64,000 nt of DNA, taken from assembly GCA_045539815.1 (NCBI GenBank), contig JAZQGC010000002.1, positions 11,794 to 75,793 of the forward strand. The letters are read 5' to 3'. The translations under genes and the position numbers were made by a program. Of the stretch, positions 19,219 to 28,246 are shown one piece after another. The number at the start of each line of letters is the position of its first letter. Position 1 is the first letter of the stretch. This DNA comes from Candidatus Enterousia sp. (GTDB lineage: Bacteria > Pseudomonadota > Alphaproteobacteria > Rs-D84). The notes beneath the pieces are model-generated. The model was given only the letters and a program-made list of their open reading frames with translations, had not been told where the DNA came from and searched no databases.

Positions 19219-19635
19219 TTAATTTTCGACATGATAATATGCACCATTATGATACACATTAACATCACCAGATGATTTACCACTGACCAACTTGCTGTAA
19301 CATACGGTACCATTTGACGTTCTGAACGCCAATGCGGGACTTGTTTCCTTGGTACTGTATATATTATAAGATTTACCCGTACCTGTCTTTAACTTGGTAA
19401 TTCCACCGCCACACAATTCAGCAAAGAACATACATATTTTATCTGTGGTATTTGAACAATTTGCAAACATCGTTGTTCCAATCGCAGTTGACCCAGACGG
19501 ACAAGAATCTCCTAATTCAATGGTAATCGCCGGTTTTTCCAACGAAACATATCCAGACGGACAGGTTGCTGCACCTGCAACTGCTGTTGCAAAGCAACAC
19601 AACAAAGTCATAAAAACTGCGGATATTTTATTCAT
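19219..19635 (-). CDS. secreted Cys-rich protein with CPSG modules and the TTPSL-type C-terminal domain
   Basis: Signal peptide MNKISAVFMTLLCCFATAVAGA. The C-terminal ~58 aa align to the C-termini of the 45731 gene and the giant 55878 gene. Confidence 0.65.
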   Translation of the reverse strand: MNKISAVFMTLLCCFATAVAGAATCPSGYVSLEKPAITIELGDSCPSGSTAIGTTMFANCSNTTDKICMFFAELCGGGITKLKTGTGKSYNIYSTKETSPALAFRTSNGTVCYSKLVSGKSSGDVNVYHNGAYYHVEN

Positions 19636-20071
19636 AAAACGCCCCCAGAATCACATTACGAAACGCAACATTTTCACTATTTGACTGATCTGCCAACTTA
19701 CCAGCACATGCCAATGGACAATACTGTAAACAATTTGATGCGTTATTATCATTTGGTTCTGCAAACACCCAACGCGAAACCACCGGTTGAACAATTTTGC
19801 AAAAACAGTCTGTATTTTCATATGGATTTGAACTAATCCACACACTATCTACGGCGCGATTATCTGCATTACCACCATCTTTATGACCACAAACCGAAAC
19901 GCCACGAATCGCAATACCATTACAATTTGAACCCCAATCTGTATGATATTGCTCAGGCGTAATATTTTGACACGCCGTACTCGTATTTAACGCGATACAT
20001 TTTTGAATCGCATACGCAGGCACACTCAATAACACAAACAAACAAAATGCAAATTTTATAGTTCTCATCAT
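19628..20071 (-). CDS. secreted Cys-rich protein, CWC family
   Basis: Signal peptide ...LLSVPAYA. The motif DCFCKIVQPVVSRWVF...C...C...CA is shared with the 44691 and 45239 genes. Confidence 0.65.
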   Translation of the reverse strand: MMRTIKFAFCLFVLLSVPAYAIQKCIALNTSTACQNITPEQYHTDWGSNCNGIAIRGVSVCGHKDGGNADNRAVDSVWISSNPYENTDCFCKIVQPVVSRWVFAEPNDNNASNCLQYCPLACAGKLADQSNSENVAFRNVILGAFYE

Positions 20072-20144
20072 CCCGTCCTGTAATTCTGTTATTAATACGG
20101 AATAAATTTTAACAAAAACGACAAACTAAATCAACACAAAAAAA

Positions 20145-20221
20145 TGGTGGATGTGATTGGACTCGAACCGACGACCTCTTCGATGTGAACGAAGCGCTCT
20201 AACCAACTGAGCTACACATCC
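20145..20221 (-). tRNA. tRNA-Val (anticodon CAC), CCA encoded
   Basis: Hand-folded cloverleaf: acceptor GGATGTG/CACATCC, anticodon loop TTCACAT. One C-A mismatch in the T stem. Confidence 0.85.
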
Positions 20222-20276
20222 ATACCACACAGCATATTATAAAACAACCCATACCCCTTGCAAGCATTTTTATTAT

Positions 20277-22256
20277 ATGATAAAATTTACATCAACAACG
20301 ATGGATACAAACATGCAAAAAAACTATTTGATTTTTGACACAAACACAATGCAACAAATTAAAAAGAACTTGCATTACCCGATAAATAATGTACACCCAT
20401 CACTAAAACAACCAACCATAAACACAGAAAGCGTTATCCAAGACATTATAAACCAGCATAACGCGGCTTATCCTGTTGATTTATTCAATAAAATTAATCA
20501 AACACTGCAAAACATCGACACAATAAACGCAGAAATATCAAAGCTTGATGCCCAAGCACAAGACATCAACATAAACCATGAACAATATTTAAATGATATA
20601 GATAAAGTTAAACCAGAAATTACACAAAAATTAGAAACGCTTAAATCTTTCTTTCCAAACAAACAATTTGACAGTATCTTGTCCAACTTTTTTGATTACG
20701 ACAGAATGTTGCGCAACATGCAAAACAACATGGGAACATTTACAAAAATATTTCAATCAAAATCCCGCACCCAAGAATTTGAAAAATTATATTCCGAGAT
20801 TGCAGAACTGGCAAAAGAATTGGGGATATACGACCTTGCCGCCCCAGAAACAAACATCCAATCCAATATACGACAAAACAAAACACAAACAAACACAAAA
20901 CTGAATATCATAAACGAGAAGAAACAAAGATTACAAAACGAACTAAATATCGAACAAAAACAATTAGCGGAATATACCAAACAACATGATATTTTATCTG
21001 ATAAATTACACCAAGACATTGCAGAATTTTTAAACGCATATGAAAATCGCCACCTGTTACGCAAAAATATTCCCGCCACATTAAACATGCAGGGCTTAAA
21101 TGAACCTGTGGCTTTTTTTCAATCAATATCCAATATAACCCCAGAAGAATTAACAACCTTATTAAATCATGCCGGATTAAGGGTCGGATACAATCCATCT
21201 GAATACATCATACGACAATCGCGTACAATCAGTGGCGATCCATGCCTGGAACTGATAACACCGTTTTATTCGCCTGAAAAAGCCAGAAGAAACATAACAG
21301 AAATCATGAAATACTTGGCTGAACATGGCGCAACATTTAACGGTATAATAAAACCCGCCACATATTCACAAATAAACCCATTACCAACACACAATATACA
21401 ACAGACTGATGAAAACAGGGCGCGTATCATACAATACATACAGGAAAAACTACAATCCCCCGACGCACTGGACCGTGATACATTTTATACGCAGTATTAC
21501 ACAAACGACGACCAGAAACAGTACCTTTTTCGTGGCCACACATTTATAACCAGCGACCCAAAATCTTCATACGCAACACCAACATGGCGCCCCGGGCGTA
21601 CGGGCATAGTATATGGAAGCACCGATCCAAAATACGCTGCCAGTTATGCAGGTGGCGCAGATTACGATGGTGTTAACGGCAAGACAATGAATTCACAGCA
21701 TTTATTACACGTAAATAATTATAATGTTGGTTTTGTAACAGTATTTAAAAACAGTAAACGCAACATATTTGTTTCAGATATAAATCTTGAAACCATGGGC
21801 AAGAACAAACATCTTAAACCATCAATAAAAATCAATCAGATGATGAACCATGTTAACGAAACCATTATTTCCCCGCATAACAACCCTGTTGTTGCCAGAT
21901 ACATGGTTGTTGGAAATAAAATGGTAAAAATTGACGACAACGATGAAAAATGGCGCGAAATTATGGATTTTATGGCACCAGATTTAAATATGACCCACAT
22001 AACCAGCTTTAATAAAGAACAGGCTGACCCAACACAAACAACTCACGGACAGGCTTTGATACAACGAATTCAAAACATACAAAACGAAATAGAAAACACG
22101 GGGTCAATCACGACATATGACATACCCGACGAAAATCTGCAAAAACTGGGGTATAAATCCCCAACAGAACAATTTACCAACGGCACAAACAAAATAAATC
22201 AGATGTCAGACATATTATTACACAGAAATATGCAACAATATAATGTTAACGAATAA
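20277..22256 (+). CDS. hypothetical N/Q/K-rich coiled-coil protein with a globular C-terminal domain
   Basis: 659 aa ORF with no signal peptide. Bracketed by tRNA genes. The exact start is uncertain (several in-frame Met). Confidence 0.6.
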   Translation: MIKFTSTTMDTNMQKNYLIFDTNTMQQIKKNLHYPINNVHPSLKQPTINTESVIQDIINQHNAAYPVDLFNKINQTLQNIDTINAEISKLDAQAQDININHEQYLNDIDKVKPEITQKLETLKSFFPNKQFDSILSNFFDYDRMLRNMQNNMGTFTKIFQSKSRTQEFEKLYSEIAELAKELGIYDLAAPETNIQSNIRQNKTQTNTKLNIINEKKQRLQNELNIEQKQLAEYTKQHDILSDKLHQDIAEFLNAYENRHLLRKNIPATLNMQGLNEPVAFFQSISNITPEELTTLLNHAGLRVGYNPSEYIIRQSRTISGDPCLELITPFYSPEKARRNITEIMKYLAEHGATFNGIIKPATYSQINPLPTHNIQQTDENRARIIQYIQEKLQSPDALDRDTFYTQYYTNDDQKQYLFRGHTFITSDPKSSYATPTWRPGRTGIVYGSTDPKYAASYAGGADYDGVNGKTMNSQHLLHVNNYNVGFVTVFKNSKRNIFVSDINLETMGKNKHLKPSIKINQMMNHVNETIISPHNNPVVARYMVVGNKMVKIDDNDEKWREIMDFMAPDLNMTHITSFNKEQADPTQTTHGQALIQRIQNIQNEIENTGSITTYDIPDENLQKLGYKSPTEQFTNGTNKINQMSDILLHRNMQQYNVNE

Positions 22257-22286
22257 AAAAAGCACCAACAACTGTTGGTGTTTTTT
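22257..22286 (+). terminator. rho-independent terminator
   Basis: Hairpin CACCAACaactGTTGGTG followed by T6. Confidence 0.7.
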
Positions 22287-22290
22287 ATCT

Positions 22291-22377
22291 TGGTGGGGAT
22301 AGTGGGACTCGAACCCACACGGTCGCAATGACCAAAGGATTTTAAGTCCTCAGCGTCTACCATTCCGCCATATCCCC
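22291..22377 (-). tRNA. tRNA-Leu (anticodon TAA), long variable arm, CCA encoded
   Basis: Acceptor GGGGATA/TATCCCC, anticodon loop CTTAAAA, 87 nt. Confidence 0.9.
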
Positions 22378-22400
22378 GAAGACTATATTCCCAAAAAATT

Positions 22401-22476
22401 TGGTGGAGCTGATGGGACTCAAACCCACGACCTCTACGATGCGAACGTAGCGCTCTATCAACTGAGCTACAACCCC
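22401..22476 (-). tRNA. tRNA-Ala (anticodon CGC), CCA encoded
   Basis: Anticodon loop TTCGCAT. The G3:U70 alanine identity pair is present. Confidence 0.9.
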
Positions 22477-22485
22477 AAAACTTTA

Positions 22486-22572
22486 TGGTGGGCGTAAGAA
22501 GACTCGAACTTCCAAGGTATTGCTACCACTAGTACCTGAAACTAGCGCGTCTACCAATTCCGCCATACGCCC
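22486..22572 (-). tRNA. tRNA-Leu (anticodon CAG), long variable arm, CCA encoded
   Basis: Acceptor GGGCGTA/TACGCCC, anticodon loop TTCAGGT, 87 nt. Confidence 0.9.
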
Positions 22573-22689
22573 ATAAAGCGAACAAATATTAACTCAAATC
22601 TAAAACAATTGCAACAAGAAAAATTTGATTTTTTTAACTGCTTTTTCACTTGCGCTGTTTTTCATAAATTTGCTAAGATTTTAGCAGAG

Positions 22690-25194
22690 ATGAAGAAAAT
22701 TCTATTTTTACTTGCAAATACCCTTGTTTGCGTTGGTATTGCCAACGCTGCTGTTCGTGATGGAACGGGTACCAAGCGCGCACAAAACACCACTCAATCA
22801 CGCGTATCAACCACGCAACGCGCCACAACTGCGCGCACAACTGTGTTGCCTGCACGCACATCAACAAAAACAACAACCCCGCGCAACGCCAAGGGCACCA
22901 TACAACGCCCAACAAACGACGCACACAACGCGCGTACACCGACAAAATCAACCATCACACGCAGTGCAATAAAATCCGACAAAACAACCACACCCCGTCC
23001 CCAGACTATATCGCGTGCCGCATCAACGGATGCAACGGTCGCACAAACACGCACTGGTGCCGAATACGAAAAATGTAAAACAACATATTTCACCTGTATG
23101 GATCAATTTTGCAGTTTGAAAAATGACGATTTTCGTCGTTGTTCCTGTAATGACCGTGTATTTCAATTGATGGAAACACGCGACACACTGAAACAGGCCG
23201 GCGAACAATTAACCATTTTCAACGAAAATCTAGAGGTTGTAGGCATGACCGCCGCCCAGGCAACGGCCATGAAAACCGCATCCGAAGGGGAAAACGCCTT
23301 GACCGCTGACCAATCCGCATCCAAGGCATTATTACAAGCAATCATGAATTCTATACGCGGCGACGATACAAATGTTGGTGGCAAATATTCAGATCTGAAC
23401 AGTATCAATATAACATTTGATAATGTTAACGCGTTTGGCATGGCTGACACCGGCCAGGCAATTGCCGCATACAATGGCCAGGCCCTGTACCAGGCCGTAT
23501 ACCCACAATGTCGCACTGCGGTTATGTCTGATTGTAATGATGCATCCCTGCAACGCGCAATAACGGCATACCTGATGGCAATTGAACAAGATTGCAACAC
23601 CGTACAAACCGCAATCGAAAACACACAAAAGCAACTGAAATCCGCTGTCCGCGAAGGCAGCGCCATGTTGGATTTGGCACGTATTGAAAATCGCCAAAAA
23701 CATAACTCCACAGATCTGGCAACATGCATCAGCAATATATCCACCGCCATACAAAGCGAAGAGGTATGTGGTGCGAACTATCATAAATGCCTGGACAATG
23801 GCGAATATATCGACATATCTACGGGAAAACCAATTGTTGGTGTAACAGACTTCTATAAATTGGAACAACTGTTGGTATTCAGCGATGGTATCGAGGCTGC
23901 CGAACAAAAACTATCCAAGAATCCAACGAACAAAACCTTTGTTAACAACTTTGTCAGCCGCACAAAAAACTTTGCACTTGACGCATTGGACAAATGCACA
24001 GAACAGGCCGACATTGCATGGTCTGAATATTTGGACCAAGCATTGCTGGATATATACTATGCCCAACGCGCCAAGGTTGCAGAAATCAAACAAGGATGCT
24101 TTGATTTTGTGTCTTCTTGTTATGTAAATCGCAACGATTCCATTACAGACGCAATGAAGGGTCTGACCGCAGACACAACAACAATGATTAATCCTGATAA
24201 AATCATATTAAACTCTGCAATGTGCACAGAATATGTTGATTCTTGCAACAATATGTTCAGCACAGACATCGTCAAAGACTATGTTAACTTACAAACAGAG
24301 ACAGATAATCTAACCGCATGTCGCGCGGTTGTAAAGCGTTGTTTTGATAGATATGGTGGCACCAATTACGAGAATTTCTTTTATCCATACAGCGGTTTGT
24401 TTGAGGCCGGAAAAGCACCAGATTGGTTTACCCTGTACGACACCAAGAACAACACGGACGAAAAAACTTATGTATCCAGATGCGCCCAGGAATTAACTGA
24501 AATTAACGCATGCAACGACACAGAGATCATAGAAAAAACATTTGGCGGATTTGACAAACTGGAAGACGACGTGTATGGCTTGGAAACAGGCAAAGAACAG
24601 CGTCAATTACGTGTAACTGGCGTCGCAACCGAAGTTTATAACCAAATCATATCAACATTAACAACACAATGCCTGAATATATACGGCAGATTTGTTCAAG
24701 CCCAGCATATAGACTCAAACAAATATACAACAGGCAACCTGTGTAGAATAGACAAATCCTATATTCCTGAAAAATTTGGACGGCTCTCTGGACAGGATGA
24801 ATATATATGCCCTGCGAATTATAATATGCAAGTTGACACAGAATCATGGGGCGCATGTCAATGTTGGGAAAACGGCGGTCGCCGCAGTCGTAACGGCAAA
24901 TCCCAACGCTGTGAAGCATTGATGGTTATAGAAAAAGATGTCGATGACACCACACTGGATAACAAAGATGAAACAACCACATTTTCTTGCATAAAAAAAG
25001 AAAATGAAATGTACACATTTTCAAACAACGCAGAGCCCCCCCTGTGGTGTACATTGTCAAACATTAACCCACAAACAAATACCGTGTGTCCAGGCAATCT
25101 AGAAAACACCGGTACACCAGATAGTCCCGAATATACCTGTACAGAAATAGATACAAGCAAAGACGAATCTGTTCCGCCTGGTATTACCGAATAA
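22690..25194 (+). CDS. large secreted cysteine-rich protein with a basic Thr/Arg-rich low-complexity linker
   Basis: Start chosen at MKKILFLLANTLVCVGIANA (signal peptide). About 95 aa are T/R/K-rich with almost no acidic residues, followed by a ~700 aa Cys-rich body. Confidence 0.7.
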   Translation: MKKILFLLANTLVCVGIANAAVRDGTGTKRAQNTTQSRVSTTQRATTARTTVLPARTSTKTTTPRNAKGTIQRPTNDAHNARTPTKSTITRSAIKSDKTTTPRPQTISRAASTDATVAQTRTGAEYEKCKTTYFTCMDQFCSLKNDDFRRCSCNDRVFQLMETRDTLKQAGEQLTIFNENLEVVGMTAAQATAMKTASEGENALTADQSASKALLQAIMNSIRGDDTNVGGKYSDLNSINITFDNVNAFGMADTGQAIAAYNGQALYQAVYPQCRTAVMSDCNDASLQRAITAYLMAIEQDCNTVQTAIENTQKQLKSAVREGSAMLDLARIENRQKHNSTDLATCISNISTAIQSEEVCGANYHKCLDNGEYIDISTGKPIVGVTDFYKLEQLLVFSDGIEAAEQKLSKNPTNKTFVNNFVSRTKNFALDALDKCTEQADIAWSEYLDQALLDIYYAQRAKVAEIKQGCFDFVSSCYVNRNDSITDAMKGLTADTTTMINPDKIILNSAMCTEYVDSCNNMFSTDIVKDYVNLQTETDNLTACRAVVKRCFDRYGGTNYENFFYPYSGLFEAGKAPDWFTLYDTKNNTDEKTYVSRCAQELTEINACNDTEIIEKTFGGFDKLEDDVYGLETGKEQRQLRVTGVATEVYNQIISTLTTQCLNIYGRFVQAQHIDSNKYTTGNLCRIDKSYIPEKFGRLSGQDEYICPANYNMQVDTESWGACQCWENGGRRSRNGKSQRCEALMVIEKDVDDTTLDNKDETTTFSCIKKENEMYTFSNNAEPPLWCTLSNINPQTNTVCPGNLENTGTPDSPEYTCTEIDTSKDESVPPGITE

Positions 25195-25220
25195 AAAAAA
25201 CCGCAAATTGCGGTTTTTTT
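25193..25220. terminator. bidirectional terminator
   Basis: A8-CCGCaaattGCGG-T7. Confidence 0.75.
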
Positions 25221-26376
25221 ATTTTTTATACAATAAATCAGCTATTTGTTTACCCGCGCCACTGGACCGGCACCATAATTCATCGGCCGACTTTAAATCC
25301 GAAATCATCTTGTTACGAACACTGGGAATTGTCAGTTGTTGCACAGCGCCCAAAACATTTTCCAGCGTTGCATCAGGCCCCAAGAATTCTGGATAAACAC
25401 CCCGATTTAATAATATATTAACCAAAGAAACCCAACGCACACGTATAAATTGCTTTATCAACCATGTGGTTACCTTATTCATTTTATAAACAACGATTGT
25501 TGGCACATGCAACATTGCCAATTCTGCCGACACCGTTCCACTGGCAACAATCGCAATATATGTTTGCGAATAAATATCGTATCGCGCATCAGCATCAACA
25601 ATCATGGGTTTTACGCGCCACTTTGCAACCTGGGCACGCACATAATCACGCGTTGTTTCAACTGTTGGTATAACAAATTGATATCCCACATACCCATTAC
25701 GTGACAAAGTATCCGCAACATCACGCATTAATGGCAACAAGCGTTTTACTTCGGACATACGGCTGCCCGGGACCAACGTTATTATTTTTTTATCATCTTT
25801 TATTTTATGTTGCACCTTGCGTCCAATCAGTCCTTCGGCAATTGGGTGACCGACCGCAACCGTATCCAATCCATATTTGGTAAAATAGGGCAATTCAAAG
25901 TCAAAAAACGCATACAATTTATCAAACAATTTTGCATATTTTTTTGCCCGTTTTGGTCGCCAGGCCCAAACCTGGGGTGCAACAACATGATGGAATCGCA
26001 TTCCCTGTTTTATTAAATTCTGCCCTGCGGGCATATTACGCAATTTTTTTATAACACTTTTTGCAAATCCTGGTGAATCAATTGTCAGAACAACATCAGG
26101 TTGTGTTGCAATAATTGCATCAACCGTCTGTTTAATTCTGGTCATCAAAGTCCGCGCATGCCCCAATACCTCTACAGCGCCCATAACAGACAAATCCCCC
26201 ATCGGAAACAACGAACTCAGGCCGTATTTCTGCATATTTTGTCCGCCAATACCGACAAATTCAGCATCCGGCATATTTTCCATTATGCGTCCGCCCAGGA
26301 TATCACCAGAAACCTCGCCAGCGATTATAAAAACCTTTAATTTTTTATTGTGCATTTTTAGACGTGCCAATTCCAC
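25219..26376 (-). CDS. lpxB: lipid-A-disaccharide synthase
   Basis: N-terminus KVFIIAGEVSGDILGGRIM and overall LpxB-like sequence. The start may instead be MHNKK at 26355. Confidence 0.9.
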   Translation of the reverse strand: MELARLKMHNKKLKVFIIAGEVSGDILGGRIMENMPDAEFVGIGGQNMQKYGLSSLFPMGDLSVMGAVEVLGHARTLMTRIKQTVDAIIATQPDVVLTIDSPGFAKSVIKKLRNMPAGQNLIKQGMRFHHVVAPQVWAWRPKRAKKYAKLFDKLYAFFDFELPYFTKYGLDTVAVGHPIAEGLIGRKVQHKIKDDKKIITLVPGSRMSEVKRLLPLMRDVADTLSRNGYVGYQFVIPTVETTRDYVRAQVAKWRVKPMIVDADARYDIYSQTYIAIVASGTVSAELAMLHVPTIVVYKMNKVTTWLIKQFIRVRWVSLVNILLNRGVYPEFLGPDATLENVLGAVQQLTIPSVRNKMISDLKSADELWCRSSGAGKQIADLLYKK

Positions 26377-27142
26377 GCTTTGAACGATTTTCTATAAAAT
26401 CAATCGCATCCATTGCGTACTTATTATTTTTAACTTCCTTGCGCACCTTGGCCAATCGTTCGGACACTGTACCTTCGCCATCACGGAAAACCGCCGAATA
26501 CACAGCATGAATTGCATGCATATCATCATTTGTAAATCCATGTCGCATTAATCCGACACGGTTAATTGTACGATATACTGCGCGATTTCCATCGTATATT
26601 GCATATGGCAATACATCATTGCCAACGCCACTCATACCGCCAATAAATGCATTTCGTCCGATACGCGCAAATTGCAACACCATAACACCACCAGACAGAA
26701 TTGCAAAATCTTCGATTTCCACATGTCCCGCGACCTGGACCAAATTTGACATAACGACGCTGTTTCCAACCTTGCAGTCATGTCCGATATGCGCATTAAC
26801 CATTATCTGGCAATCATCCCCCACAACCGTTCCATCTGATGCGGGCGTCCCCGAATGAATTGTTGCATACTCACGAATTTTGCAGCGTTTACCAATACGC
26901 AATCCCGTCATTGTGGATTCATCTTGCCATTTTAAGTCCTGACTTAACCCCCCCAGCACGGCAAAAGGGTACACAATAGAATCATCACCAATTGATGTTT
27001 TTCCTTCTATCACGACATGCGACACCAGTTCGACACGGTCGCCCAATACAACATTCGGTCCAACAATACAAAACGGACCAATTTTACAATCAGCGCCAAT
27101 TTTTGCGCCTTCATGAATAACTGCGGTTGGATGTATACTCAT
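26345..27142 (-). CDS. lpxA: acyl-ACP--UDP-N-acetylglucosamine O-acyltransferase
   Basis: Left-handed beta-helix hexapeptide repeats plus the LpxA C-terminal helical domain (GLMRHGF). Confidence 0.9.
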   Translation of the reverse strand: MSIHPTAVIHEGAKIGADCKIGPFCIVGPNVVLGDRVELVSHVVIEGKTSIGDDSIVYPFAVLGGLSQDLKWQDESTMTGLRIGKRCKIREYATIHSGTPASDGTVVGDDCQIMVNAHIGHDCKVGNSVVMSNLVQVAGHVEIEDFAILSGGVMVLQFARIGRNAFIGGMSGVGNDVLPYAIYDGNRAVYRTINRVGLMRHGFTNDDMHAIHAVYSAVFRDGEGTVSERLAKVRKEVKNNKYAMDAIDFIENRSKRGIGTSKNAQ

Positions 27143-27225
27143 AATATTTCTTATCCTGTATTTTATTTTCTGATACAGATATTACAGTATTTGCACAAAA
27201 ATTTGTATTCAATAAATATAACAAA

Positions 27226-28212
27226 TTATAACAAGCGCTTTACTTCATACCATACATCACGCGATAATTCTGGGCGCCACAGCAAGATTCCTATGACGGT
27301 TATAACCGGCACAATTGTCAAAACACCAAACGCCATCAACATCACAGCGAATATATTTTCTGCCACGCCATCTTGAATTCTGTCAGAATGTCGAACAGAC
27401 ATTGCGAACATAACAAAGAACATCAGCAACACAGCCATCAGAACCGGCACTGCCTCGGTCAGCAAGAACAACGCCACCCCCAACGCACAAATAACACGCG
27501 TCAACCATTTCAATTTTATATACAAGGCATGTTTTATTTTACCCGCAGGCTTAACATTATTTGTCACCACGGCGCCAATTGCACTGATTCCCACCAGCAA
27601 GATTGCCACCAGATGCCCCAGTGTCAGGTTTCCCAACTGTCCGAATCTAAAAAATTCTGGTTGCATTAAAATTGCAACAACTGTTGACAACAAAATCAAA
27701 ACAGTACCCGCCATTGGCCGCATCGGGGCAGGGGCCACACGTCCCAACGCCAACCCCAAGAACATTGCACCGACCTGTAACAATGGCCCCCACCATGCAT
27801 GCATATCTGATAAAGCAACCAAAACAACACCACAAACACACGCCACCCCCCAGTACCAGCGCATCTTTGGTATTTTATATTTACGCCCATACGAAGACAA
27901 AAACAAGGACGCCAAGAACAATACAACGGCGCACATCATCGGCAACACAGACCAACTGTCGCGTAAAATCTGATAATCACCACCAATCAATACGACCCAT
28001 GCACCTGTCAATCCCACGGTCCACATGGCCCCATATTTTATAACATCTGTTTTTTCCCAAGCAATTTTATTTAAAATCGCATCACGCATCAGATACACAA
28101 CAACGAACAACGGCAACATTAACAATCCCAACCACAAGAACGCAGGACCAAACAACGCCATATTATTAAATGCACTGACCGCACTTTGCACAACGATAAT
28201 ATCTTCTAACAT
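27226..28212 (-). CDS. hypothetical polytopic inner-membrane protein
   Basis: 328 aa with about 9 hydrophobic helices. Located immediately upstream of lpxA on the same strand. Confidence 0.6.
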   Translation of the reverse strand: MLEDIIVVQSAVSAFNNMALFGPAFLWLGLLMLPLFVVVYLMRDAILNKIAWEKTDVIKYGAMWTVGLTGAWVVLIGGDYQILRDSWSVLPMMCAVVLFLASLFLSSYGRKYKIPKMRWYWGVACVCGVVLVALSDMHAWWGPLLQVGAMFLGLALGRVAPAPMRPMAGTVLILLSTVVAILMQPEFFRFGQLGNLTLGHLVAILLVGISAIGAVVTNNVKPAGKIKHALYIKLKWLTRVICALGVALFLLTEAVPVLMAVLLMFFVMFAMSVRHSDRIQDGVAENIFAVMLMAFGVLTIVPVITVIGILLWRPELSRDVWYEVKRLL

Positions 28213-28246
28213 ATACTTGCCTTTTTAATTCAATGTTTTATTATAA

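Noticed and set aside
20031-20046. (CAAA)3 within the signal-peptide coding region of the 19628 gene
   Set aside because: Only three units are present, too few for appreciable slippage. It encodes the ordinary hydrophobic FCLFV segment.
20145-22572. tRNA-bracketed segment as an integrated mobile element or genomic island
   Set aside because: I could find no integrase, no transposase and no direct repeat of a tRNA 3' end. Only one gene is present, so I cannot support a mobile-element call.
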